DNA of 57,509 bases from the NCBI GenBank assembly GCA_035710425.1, contig DASTDJ010000196.1, positions 1-57,509 of the forward strand, given 5' to 3'. Source of the stretch: Nocardioides sp. (lineage in GTDB: Bacteria; Actinomycetota; Actinomycetes; Propionibacteriales; Nocardioidaceae). This document shows positions 27,536 through 36,155 of this stretch, one piece after another (the stretch's first letter is position 1; each line of letters starts with the position of its first letter). The notes beneath the pieces were generated by a model. It did not search any database and was not told the origin of the DNA. It worked only from the letters and a program-made list of their open reading frames with translations. A program made the position numbers and the translations under genes.

Positions 27536-28228
27536 CCGGCGGCCGATCCGCGCGCCGACGTACCCCCCGACGACCGAGCCGGCGGCCAGCAGACCCACGG
27601 CCTTCCAGTCGATCTCGGCGGCGACCACGAAGATCACCGTCGCGACCACGTTGGCCGCCACGACCGCCAGGGTCTTCAGCGCGTTGATGATCCGGAACTC
27701 CACGTCGACGCCCAGGCCGAGCACCGCCAGCATCATGACGCCCGAGCCGGCCCCGAAGTAGCCGCCGTAGACGCCGGTCAGGGTGGCGAAGAACGTGGTC
27801 ACCGGTGACATCCGGGTGCGCTGCTCGACCTCGAGTCCCTGGTGGTTGCGCCGCAGCCAGCGGTTGAGCCGGGGGGACACCCCGACCAGCAGGCAGGTGA
27901 ACAAGATCAGCCAGGGCACGATCGCCTCGAACACGCCGGGCGGCAGGGCCAGGAGCAGCGCGGCTCCGGCCACCGAGCCCACCGCGCAGGTGGCGATCAC
28001 GGCCGCGGACAGCCGTGGGTGCTCCCGCAGCTCCTCCCGGTAGCCGAACGACCCGCTCAGCCCGCCCGGCGTCATGCCCACGGTGTTGGACGCATTGGCG
28101 ACGACAGGCGGCAGTCCGACGGCGACCAGCACTGGGAAGCTCAGCAGCGAGGCGACCCCCACCGTCGAGGTCATGATGCCGGCGCCGAACCCGGCGAGGA
28201 GCACGAAGAGGGTCTCCAAGCCGGTCAT
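27467..28228 (-). CDS. TSUP (TauE/SafE) family transporter
   Basis: GLPPVVANASN, YGGYFGAGSG; about 8 TM. Confidence 0.85.
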   Translation of the reverse strand: MTGLETLFVLLAGFGAGIMTSTVGVASLLSFPVLVAVGLPPVVANASNTVGMTPGGLSGSFGYREELREHPRLSAAVIATCAVGSVAGAALLLALPPGVFEAIVPWLILFTCLLVGVSPRLNRWLRRNHQGLEVEQRTRMSPVTTFFATLTGVYGGYFGAGSGVMMLAVLGLGVDVEFRIINALKTLAVVAANVVATVIFVVAAEIDWKAVGLLAAGSVVGGYVGARIGRRLPPTLLRGLVVLVGVIAFVALL

Positions 28229-28329
28229 CGACACCAGTCTAGGGACAGCGCCCCCGCCCACATTCATGCGCGCAAGGGCACGTGATCCCGGCCACTCACG
28301 GGTACCGATGCGCCGGCTGAGGAGGAGCT

Positions 28330-29658
28330 ATGGGACCGGAATGGGTCGCAATCATCGCGCTGGTGGCGCTGTTCGCCGTGGGAACCATGCTGCCGATCAA
28401 CATGGGCGCGCTGGCTTACGTCGCCGCGTGGCTCGTCGGCATGTACTCGCTGGACATGACCGAGAAGGAGATCCTCGCGGGGGTGAGCGGTGACCTGATC
28501 CTGACGATCATCGGGGTCACCTATCTCTTCGCGATCGCCCGCGACAACGGCACGGTCGACCTGATCGTGCGCACCGCGGTGCGCGGCGTCGGCGGCCGGG
28601 TGGTCCTGATCCCCTGGGTGATGTTCGGCGTGACCGCCGTGCTCACCGGCGTGGGTGCGGTCAGTCCCGCTGCGTGCGCGATCATCGGCCCGATCGCCCT
28701 GGGCTTCGCCGGGCGCTACGGCATCAGCCCGCTGATGATGGGCATGCTCGTCGTCCACGGGGCCCAGGCGGGCGGCTTCTCGCCGATCAGCATCTACGGC
28801 TCGATCACCAACTCGGTGATGAGCGACGCGGGCCTCCCCAACAGCGAGATCACGATCTTCCTGGCCAGCCTGGTCGTCAACGCCATCCTGGCGGTCATCC
28901 TGTTCGTGGTGCTCGGCGGTCGGAAGCTGGTCGGCCTGCGCATCGACCCCGACGACCCCGGCCTCGCCGAGAACAGCGACGGGCGCAACCGCGGCGGTGC
29001 CGACGTCCCCGCCAGCGGCTTCGGAACCTCCACGACGACCACCACCACCGCGACACGCGGCGTGCAGCTGCAACAGATCCTCACCCTTGTGGCGTTCCTC
29101 GGCGTCGCCACCGTGGCCCTGGCCTTCGACAAGAACATCGGCTTCGTCGCGATCACCGCGGCGGTCGTGCTCGCCATCATGTCGGGGAACCAGCACAAGG
29201 ACGCCGTCAAGCAGATCGCGTGGCCGACCGTGCTCCTGGTCGCCGGCGTCAGCACCTACGCGACCATCCTGGAGGAGGCCGGTTCCCCCGAGTTCGTCGG
29301 CGACTGGGCCGCGGGGCTCGGTGTCGCGGCGGTCGGCGCGCTGGTCCTCTGCTACGTCGGCGGCGTGGTGTCGGCGTTCGCGTCCTCGACCGCCCTGCTG
29401 CCGGTGATCATCCCGATCGGCCTGCCGCTGATCGCCGACGGAGGCATCAGCGCCGGCCTGTTCGTGGCGGCCCTCGCTGTCAGCTCGACCATCGTCGACG
29501 TGAGCCCGTTCTCCACCAACGGCGCCCTGATGCTCGCCAACAAGCCGGACACGATCGACGAGCAGGTCTTCTACAAGCAGATCCTGACCTACAGCGTGAT
29601 CGTGGTGCTCGTCGGTCCGCTGCTCGTCTGGGCGGCCCTGGTGCTGCCGGGCTGGTAG
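28330..29658 (+). CDS. Dicarboxylate/anion permease (MatC/SLC13-like)
   Basis: INMGALA, GVTYLFAIA, GFSPISIYG, DVSPFSTNGA; many TMs. Confidence 0.8.
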   Translation: MGPEWVAIIALVALFAVGTMLPINMGALAYVAAWLVGMYSLDMTEKEILAGVSGDLILTIIGVTYLFAIARDNGTVDLIVRTAVRGVGGRVVLIPWVMFGVTAVLTGVGAVSPAACAIIGPIALGFAGRYGISPLMMGMLVVHGAQAGGFSPISIYGSITNSVMSDAGLPNSEITIFLASLVVNAILAVILFVVLGGRKLVGLRIDPDDPGLAENSDGRNRGGADVPASGFGTSTTTTTTATRGVQLQQILTLVAFLGVATVALAFDKNIGFVAITAAVVLAIMSGNQHKDAVKQIAWPTVLLVAGVSTYATILEEAGSPEFVGDWAAGLGVAAVGALVLCYVGGVVSAFASSTALLPVIIPIGLPLIADGGISAGLFVAALAVSSTIVDVSPFSTNGALMLANKPDTIDEQVFYKQILTYSVIVVLVGPLLVWAALVLPGW

Positions 29659-29667
29659 CGAGGTCGG

Positions 29668-31059
29668 TCAGTAGGCCCCAGCGTGCCGCAGCACGGCGCG
29701 CAGGGTGCGGGCGACGATCTGTGCGTCGAGGCTGAGCGACCAGTTGTCGACGTACAGCAGGTCGAGCCGGACCGCCTCCTCCCACGCCAGGTCGGAGCGG
29801 CCGGACACCTGCCACAGGCCGGTGACACCGGGCTTCACCGCGAACCTGCGGTGCACGTCGGGCTCGTAGAGCGCCGTCTCCGCGGGGAGCGGAGGCCGGG
29901 GCCCGACCAGCGCCATCTGCCCGAGCACGACGTGGATGAGCTGCGGCACCTCGTCGATGGAGTAGCGGCGGAGCAGCCGACCGAGCCGGGTGACCCGCGG
30001 GTCCTGGCGCATCTTGAACAGGACGCCGTCGGACTCGTTGAGGGCGTCGAGCTCCGTCAACCGCGCCTCTGCGTCGACGTGCATGGTGCGGAACTTCAGC
30101 ATCGTGAACGGCCGCCCGGAGTGGCCCACCCGCGTCTGCTTGAACATGGCCGGCCCGTTCGAGTCCAGCCTGATGGCGAGCGCCACTACGAGGAGCACCG
30201 GCGCGAGGAGCAGCAGCGCGATCAAGGCGCTGGTGCGCTCCCATGCCTCCTTGACCAGGCGGCGCCCACCGGTCAGCTGAGGGGCGCGCACGTGCATGAG
30301 CGGGATACCACCGGCCGTGGCCACCGCGGCCCTGGCGCGGACGACGTCGACCAGCCCGGGGGCGACGTACAGCTGGGTGCCCGTGGGCTCCAGCTCCCAA
30401 CCGAGCCGGCGCAACGACGCCGGGTCGAGCTCGGAGCACGGTACGGCGATCACCGCGGCCGCCTCGTGGTGCCTGACGGCGTCGCCGACCTCGGCGATGT
30501 CGGCCACCACGATCTCGAGCCCGTGGTCCGAGGTGCGGTTCCACTCGCGGACCAGCCGCTCGGCGTCGGACCGACGCCCGGTCACGACCACGTGGCAGGG
30601 CCGGGTGCTGCGTCGTACCCGGTGCCAGCGGTGCCAGGCCCGGACGCCCAGCCGCGGGGCGAGCGAGATCGCCACTGTCACGCCGAACATCACCAGGAAG
30701 TTCGGGGAGTACAGGTCGAGGTTCCACCAGGCAGCGGTCCCGACCGCGACGACGGTCAGCACCAGCCCGGCCTCGATCACCCGGTGGACCTCCTCGGTCC
30801 ACGGGCGCAGCAGCCGGGGCTCGTAGGCCCGCATCAGGCTGAGGCAGCAGAGCCAGCACCCCGCGACCGCGAGCAGCAGGATCGGCTGCGCCTCCACCAG
30901 GTTGGACTGGACGGCCAGCGTGCCGATGACGGCTGCGAGGACGTCCACGAAGAGCAGGACGCGGGTGCGGACGCTCCGAAGCCGCAACGGCGCTGCGCCG
31001 AGCCCGGCCGCCTGCGCAACAGCAGTGGCCGGCTGGGGCTCTCCGATCACCGCAGCCAT
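29668..31059 (-). CDS. Priming polyprenyl glycosylphosphotransferase (bacterial sugar transferase)
   Basis: KFRTM, DPRVT, SIDEVPQ, VGPRP, KPGVTGLWQVSGRS; N-terminal TMs. Confidence 0.92.
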   Translation of the reverse strand: MAAVIGEPQPATAVAQAAGLGAAPLRLRSVRTRVLLFVDVLAAVIGTLAVQSNLVEAQPILLLAVAGCWLCCLSLMRAYEPRLLRPWTEEVHRVIEAGLVLTVVAVGTAAWWNLDLYSPNFLVMFGVTVAISLAPRLGVRAWHRWHRVRRSTRPCHVVVTGRRSDAERLVREWNRTSDHGLEIVVADIAEVGDAVRHHEAAAVIAVPCSELDPASLRRLGWELEPTGTQLYVAPGLVDVVRARAAVATAGGIPLMHVRAPQLTGGRRLVKEAWERTSALIALLLLAPVLLVVALAIRLDSNGPAMFKQTRVGHSGRPFTMLKFRTMHVDAEARLTELDALNESDGVLFKMRQDPRVTRLGRLLRRYSIDEVPQLIHVVLGQMALVGPRPPLPAETALYEPDVHRRFAVKPGVTGLWQVSGRSDLAWEEAVRLDLLYVDNWSLSLDAQIVARTLRAVLRHAGAY

Positions 31060-31589
31060 GCCAACCGCCTCGTTCGACGTTCCGGACGGCCCGCGGGGAC
31101 GAGCGCGTCGATCAGCTCACCGACCCGCTCCGTCAGGCCACCCGACTCGCGCTGGGTCGCCGTACGACCGGTGGCCAGGGTGTTCCTGACGGCCGCGTCG
31201 AGCTCGATGCGGCTGTTCACGGCGGTGCACATCCCGGCCGCCGCGATCCGCTTGACGAACCGCTGCTGGTGCTGGTCGACGTGCTCGCGCAGCGAGGGGT
31301 CGCGAGCGACCACCACAGGGAAGTGACCGTGGGTCCGGCTCTCCATGATCAGCCCCGGGCCGCCGTGGGTGACCACGACGTCCGCGCGACGGAGCAGCCG
31401 GTCGAGCTCGTCGGCACCGAGGAGCGGCTTGCCGCTCAGCTCGGTCGGAAGGGGAGTGGAGCCGTGCTGGACGAACCACTCCACGTCCGAGGACACCGCC
31501 GCCTGGCGCACCCAACGCACCAGCCGGTCGAACCGGTGGCAGTCGGTGCCGAGCAGTACGGCGACAACTGGACGGGCAGGTGCGGGCAT
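31047..31589 (-). CDS. PssE/Alg13-like glycosyltransferase subunit (GT28 C-terminal)
   Basis: LGTD.HRFDRL, THGGPG, EHVDQHQ. Confidence 0.85.
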   Translation of the reverse strand: MPAPARPVVAVLLGTDCHRFDRLVRWVRQAAVSSDVEWFVQHGSTPLPTELSGKPLLGADELDRLLRRADVVVTHGGPGLIMESRTHGHFPVVVARDPSLREHVDQHQQRFVKRIAAAGMCTAVNSRIELDAAVRNTLATGRTATQRESGGLTERVGELIDALVPAGRPERRTRRLAWLR

Positions 31590-32038
31590 CACCACACCTG
31601 CCCGACGAGAAGGGAGGCCGGATACAGGCGCTGCTGCTCGGGCCACTGGACCAGGAACAGGTCACTGAACGGCCGGCAGAGCCGCCCGGTCAGGGTCCGG
31701 CTGTCCACGCGGTCGAAGACCTCGAGGTAGACCGAGGCCGAGCCGAAGGGGCGGTGCAGCCAGAAGAACGGGACCGCGACCCCGGCGCCGGTGCTGACGA
31801 TCACGTCGGGCCGGAAGGACCGCATCGTGCGCCAGGCCAGCGCGGTGTTGCGCGCCAGGTTCTTGACGTTGCGGGTCGTCGGGTGGTGTGCCCACACGAC
31901 GTTCTCGCCCTCGAGCTTGCTGGTCGCGTCGAGCGTCTCGAACGTCACCCAGGTGCGTTCGTGCTGCTCCCACCAAGGGCGCAGGGCGATCAGCTGCGTC
32001 AGGTGTCCACCTGATGAACTGACCATTAACACTCGCAC
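31589..32038 (-). CDS. PssD/Cps14F/Alg14-like glycosyltransferase subunit
   Basis: SSGGHL, STGAGVAVP, TLTG, LVQW. Confidence 0.88.
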   Translation of the reverse strand: MRVLMVSSSGGHLTQLIALRPWWEQHERTWVTFETLDATSKLEGENVVWAHHPTTRNVKNLARNTALAWRTMRSFRPDVIVSTGAGVAVPFFWLHRPFGSASVYLEVFDRVDSRTLTGRLCRPFSDLFLVQWPEQQRLYPASLLVGQVW

Positions 32039-32107
32039 TGCGACCCCCTCGGCTCATCGCTCCCGAGAGCGCTTCGTCAAGGTAGACGCGGGCAGCGAGG
32101 GGTCGCA

Positions 32108-32123
32108 TACCCCAATTCGGTCA
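32108..32123. promoter_or_regulatory. 16-bp palindromic box TACCCCAATTCGGTCA
   Basis: One of at least 6 related boxes in the locus promoters; upstream of the pssD-like operon. Confidence 0.5.
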
Positions 32124-32822
32124 AACGGCCCTGGAGTTGGGCGATTGGGGCGGCGGACGCCATCCGGCCTGGTGGGCGACGCCCACTGCGGCGAGCTGGG
32201 AGCCGACCTCGAGCTTCGCCAGGATCGACTTCACCTGGGTCCGCACGGTGGCCTCCGACACCACGCTCTCCGTGGCGATGTCGCGGACCTGGTGGCCGAG
32301 CATCAGGTGCCCGAGCACTTCCTGCTCCCGATGGGTGAGCCGTTCGAGGCGGCTGCGGAGCTCGTGGGCCGTCACCCGGTGGCTGTGCCACTCCTGGATG
32401 AGCTCCTCACGCTCCTCGGGTTTGACGACGGGCAGGCCGTTGTTGATCCGGCGGACCGACGCGAGGATGTCGTTGAGGCGTGTCGTCTTCGGGAGCACCG
32501 TCCGGGCGCCGTAGCGCAGGCACTCTCCCCACTGCACCTTGTCGGTGTTGCCGGTCACCACGATGACCGCGACACCGGCCCGGGAGAGCGGCTCGATCAG
32601 CTGGACGCCGTTGCCGTGGGCGCCGAGGTCCAGGTCGAGCAGCACGATCCGGGGCCGCACCCGCAGCACCTGGGGCAGCAGGGTGATCACCGAGCGGGTG
32701 TTGCCGGCGAGCGGGATCCGACGGACCTCGTTGCCCTCCATGCTCAACGCGATCTCCAGGGACTCCGCGAACAGCAGGTGGTCCTCCACGAGCGCGATCC
32801 GGCAACCGCCGCGGCCGGTCAT
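32121..32822 (-). CDS. NarL/LuxR-family response regulator
   Basis: VEDH, LLDLD, VTG, LPK receiver; LTHREQEVL...TVRTQVKSILAKL HTH. Confidence 0.92.
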   Translation of the reverse strand: MTGRGGCRIALVEDHLLFAESLEIALSMEGNEVRRIPLAGNTRSVITLLPQVLRVRPRIVLLDLDLGAHGNGVQLIEPLSRAGVAVIVVTGNTDKVQWGECLRYGARTVLPKTTRLNDILASVRRINNGLPVVKPEEREELIQEWHSHRVTAHELRSRLERLTHREQEVLGHLMLGHQVRDIATESVVSEATVRTQVKSILAKLEVGSQLAAVGVAHQAGWRPPPQSPNSRAV

Positions 32823-34375
32823 CAGGCCGGTTCCCGGGCAGGGAGCTGGAGCACGAACGACGCGCCGGAGCGGCGCTCGTGGTCGACGTCCAGCTCGAGC
32901 CGGCCGCCGTTCTGGGCGACGATCTTGCGGGCGATGTAGAGACCGAGCCCCTGGCCCGCCGACCCGTGCCGGCGTACGCCGCGGTCGAAGATCTGGTCCT
33001 GCATCGCCCGAGGGATGCCGGGACCGTTGTCCCGCACCCGCAGCAGGGTGCAGTCGCCCCGGCGCTCCGCCGAGAGCATGGCGGTGCTGCCGGGGGCATG
33101 CCGTGCGGTGTTGCTCAGCAGCACCTGCAGGACCTCGGTGAGGTCATGCTTGCGGGTCCAGGCGTAGGTGCCGGACGGGTGCCACTCGACCGACAGGCCG
33201 AGATAGCGGTACGCCGTCACCAGCGGCACGATCACCGGGTCGAGCTCGACGACCTCGGGATCCGCCGGCTCGTTGGTCAGCAGGTGCTCGAGCCGGTCGA
33301 GCTCGGCGCCGAGCAGCTCGGTGAGCCGACGCTGGTGGGCGGGGCTGAGCTCGGCGTTGAGCCCGAGCAGGATCCGCGACGCGGAGCTGATGCCGGCGAC
33401 GCTGCCGCGCACCTCGTGCAGCCGCTCCTCGTCACTGCGCACCACGTCCTCAGCCGACTGTGCGCGTTCGGCGAGCTCCTCCAGCTCGTGGTCGTGCTCG
33501 CGCAGCGCGTCGAGCAGCAGCTCGGTCGCGGTGATCGCGAGGAGCACGAACGCGGCCATCACGACGCCGTTCGCGATCACGTCCGCGCGGCCGTCGCCGT
33601 TCACGCCGTTGAGGTTGGCGGTGTGACCGAGCACCAGGCCGACCGTCGCCACGGCCATCTCGCGCCGGGCCCACCGGGGCAGGCTGTCCATCCGGAGGAC
33701 GGAAGCGGCGGCCAGGCCGCCCACGAGCAGGGTGACCAGCCACCCCGTCCACATCGGTGCGTGCGGCACACCGGTCCACGACTCGAAGTCGTTGACGGTG
33801 TAGAAGAACCGGATGGCGCCCAGGCCGAGGCCGACGCCGGTGCCCAGCAGCAACGGGCTGACCCGGCGGCGGAACTCGTACCCACGGGCCCCGAATGCCA
33901 GCATCACCAGGAACGGCACCGCCATCAGGCTGTCCAGCAGCGTGTACGGCGTGCTCAGCTCGTCGACCGTCGTGGAGTCCAGTCGCACCAGCGAGAACGG
34001 CAGCTGCTGGATCGAGATCGCCAGCAGCGCGGCACCGATCCAGGCGGTGCCGCGGTTGAACGTGATCCACCAGTGGCAGCACAGCACGCAGCCGGCGGCC
34101 AGGCTCAGCAGCGTGGTGCTCAGCTGGAGGATCGCGACGGACGTCTCGACCGGCCACTCCGAGTCCGAGACCATGGTGAGTCCGAACAAGTGGGGCAGCA
34201 GCACCAGCAGGGAGATGGGCAGGGCCCAGTACCACCGCCTGGTTCGTTTGATCGAACCGTCGCGATGGGGATAAGAGGACCAGCGGTTGCCGCCGACAGA
34301 AGGTCCGGCCCCACTCGGTCGCTGTTTCGTCCCCCGGAACTGCCGCGAAGCCGCTGGGGGAAAGGTCCCCAGCAT
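32822..34375 (-). CDS. Membrane sensor histidine kinase
   Basis: Multiple TMs; HEVRG H-box, LLSN, DNGPGI, GQGLGL. Start uncertain. Confidence 0.88.
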   Translation of the reverse strand: MLGTFPPAASRQFRGTKQRPSGAGPSVGGNRWSSYPHRDGSIKRTRRWYWALPISLLVLLPHLFGLTMVSDSEWPVETSVAILQLSTTLLSLAAGCVLCCHWWITFNRGTAWIGAALLAISIQQLPFSLVRLDSTTVDELSTPYTLLDSLMAVPFLVMLAFGARGYEFRRRVSPLLLGTGVGLGLGAIRFFYTVNDFESWTGVPHAPMWTGWLVTLLVGGLAAASVLRMDSLPRWARREMAVATVGLVLGHTANLNGVNGDGRADVIANGVVMAAFVLLAITATELLLDALREHDHELEELAERAQSAEDVVRSDEERLHEVRGSVAGISSASRILLGLNAELSPAHQRRLTELLGAELDRLEHLLTNEPADPEVVELDPVIVPLVTAYRYLGLSVEWHPSGTYAWTRKHDLTEVLQVLLSNTARHAPGSTAMLSAERRGDCTLLRVRDNGPGIPRAMQDQIFDRGVRRHGSAGQGLGLYIARKIVAQNGGRLELDVDHERRSGASFVLQLPAREPA

Positions 34376-34427
34376 GGTCGCAACCTAGTTCGGGGTTCGA
34401 GGTCCTGTCGCCTCTACGCCCGGTCCA

Positions 34428-34443
34428 TACCGAATTTTGGGTA
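34428..34443. promoter_or_regulatory. 16-bp palindromic box TACCGAATTTTGGGTA
   Basis: In the divergent region between the HK and wzc-like genes. Confidence 0.5.
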
Positions 34444-34620
34444 GATGTCTAGACAGGCCCGAGACCCACCAGTCGCGCTCGGGCGGGGCCCGGGCCCCGG
34501 TCGGGGGAGCCGGTCGGGGTGGTCCCGAACGACGCCGGCGCGACTGGTGGGCGAAGGTGGTGCAGTAGTCCCCCGCACTCCCTCGGTCCCAACAGTCCCA
34601 AGGCGGGTCTTTACCGAGCA

Positions 34621-34636
34621 TCCCCAATGTTGGGGG
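34621..34636. promoter_or_regulatory. 16-bp palindromic box TCCCCAATGTTGGGGG
   Basis: About 100 nt upstream of the 34734 start. Confidence 0.5.
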
Positions 34637-34733
34637 CCTTTCCTCCAGGGGCCCCGATTCGCCCCCTCGCCTGCTCCACGATGGCGTTCTGCAGCCGGGC
34701 CGTAAGAGGGCCTGGCCGAGGAGGCGAACATCG

Positions 34734-36155
34734 GTGAACGTGGGATGGCGGGGGAGCCGTAGGCCGTTCCGGGCAGCACCTCGTGTGCTCGTGCTGACCC
34801 TGGTTCTGGGGTTGCTCGGCGCCGGGGCAGGTGCCGTGTGGGGAGAGCTCAGGGGTCGGATGCACCAGGCCACTGCGGTGATCCTGCTCAACCCGACCGA
34901 GGGCAACCCGTTCGCGCCGGACAGCACGGCCGGCGTGAACCTGGTCGACCTCGAGACCGAGGCCCAGCTGGTTCTCTCCGACGAGGTCGCCCGGCTGGTC
35001 GCGGACCGGCGAGGCGACGGCGGGACACCTGCGAGCGAGCTGACCGGCGTGGACGCCGAGGTGCCTCCGAACACGCAGCTGATCGAGATCACCGTGGAGA
35101 ACAAGAACGGTGAAGAAGCCCTGGATCGCGCGCAGGCCTTCGCCGAGGTCTACCTGGAGTACCGCCAGTCGCGGAGCGAGACAGCGGCCTTCGACCGCGG
35201 CGCCGCCGTCAAGGAGCAGATCCGGCTCCAGTCCGACGAGCTGCAGGCGCAGGTGCAGGAGCTGGACAGCGCACCCGAGGGTTCCCCGAAGGCGCTCCTC
35301 CTGCAGCAACAGATCATCGAGCTGACCGATCACCTGGGGCAGCTGCGTTCCGAGGCCGCGGACCTCGACGCCGCTCCGGTCGACCCCGGTCAGGTCGTCA
35401 CTCCGGCGTACGTCAAGGACAGCGGCCCGCTGGGCACCGGTCTGGTGGCGGCGCTCCTGGGTGCGATCGTCGGCGCGGGCCTGGGACTCGCCTGGGGACT
35501 GAGCAGGGTCCGGCTCGCCGGCTGGGTCCGCGGCCCCGACGACCTCGACCCCGTCGACGTACCGGTGCTGGCCGCCCTGGGTTCTCGGGATCCCACGCCC
35601 GAGGACCTGGGGCGGCTTCGAGCCGGACTTCTCTCGCTCGACGTACGGCGTCCGCTGGTCGTCGTGGTCACCGGCCTCGCCGGGGGGACCTGCAGTCCGC
35701 TGCCGCTGGCCAGCAGCCTGGCCCGAGCCAACCACGAGGCGGTGCTGGTCCACACGGGCACGCCCGACGAGGAGGCGGTGAAGGTGGGGCTGGCCGACCT
35801 GCTGCGCGGCCAGATCGATGCCGACGAAGCGCTCGAGCCGGCCATCCAGCACCTCGCAGTGCTCGGTCCGGGCACGGGGACCGACGACCTCGACGACCTG
35901 GTGATGACGCCCGAGATGGCCGACCTCGTGGAAAACCTCGGCAAGCGGGGCGACCTGGTCATCCTCGACGCGCCGGACGCGACCAGCGCGCGCACCCTGG
36001 GTCTGACCCAGTTCGCCGACGTGGTTCTGCTGGAGGTGCCCCGCGGTCGGGCCACCCTCGACCAGGTCGAGCACGCGCTCACGCAGCTCGGTCGGCCGGA
36101 GCAACGCAGCCTGGCGCTGGTCGTCACCGCGGCTCCGGGAAGGCGCAGCTCATGA
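34734..36155 (+). CDS. Polysaccharide co-polymerase (Wzz/Wzc-like) with degenerate BY-kinase domain
   Basis: TM-coiled-coil-TM, then a P-loop-like domain retaining DLVILDAP but lacking GKS/T. Confidence 0.75.
   Translation: MNVGWRGSRRPFRAAPRVLVLTLVLGLLGAGAGAVWGELRGRMHQATAVILLNPTEGNPFAPDSTAGVNLVDLETEAQLVLSDEVARLVADRRGDGGTPASELTGVDAEVPPNTQLIEITVENKNGEEALDRAQAFAEVYLEYRQSRSETAAFDRGAAVKEQIRLQSDELQAQVQELDSAPEGSPKALLLQQQIIELTDHLGQLRSEAADLDAAPVDPGQVVTPAYVKDSGPLGTGLVAALLGAIVGAGLGLAWGLSRVRLAGWVRGPDDLDPVDVPVLAALGSRDPTPEDLGRLRAGLLSLDVRRPLVVVVTGLAGGTCSPLPLASSLARANHEAVLVHTGTPDEEAVKVGLADLLRGQIDADEALEPAIQHLAVLGPGTGTDDLDDLVMTPEMADLVENLGKRGDLVILDAPDATSARTLGLTQFADVVLLEVPRGRATLDQVEHALTQLGRPEQRSLALVVTAAPGRRSS

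Noticed and set aside
27467-29658. TSUP and anion permease as sulfur supply for the sulfotransferase
   Set aside because: Adjacency only. No palindromic box was seen in their shared promoter region and the permease looks like a dicarboxylate carrier.
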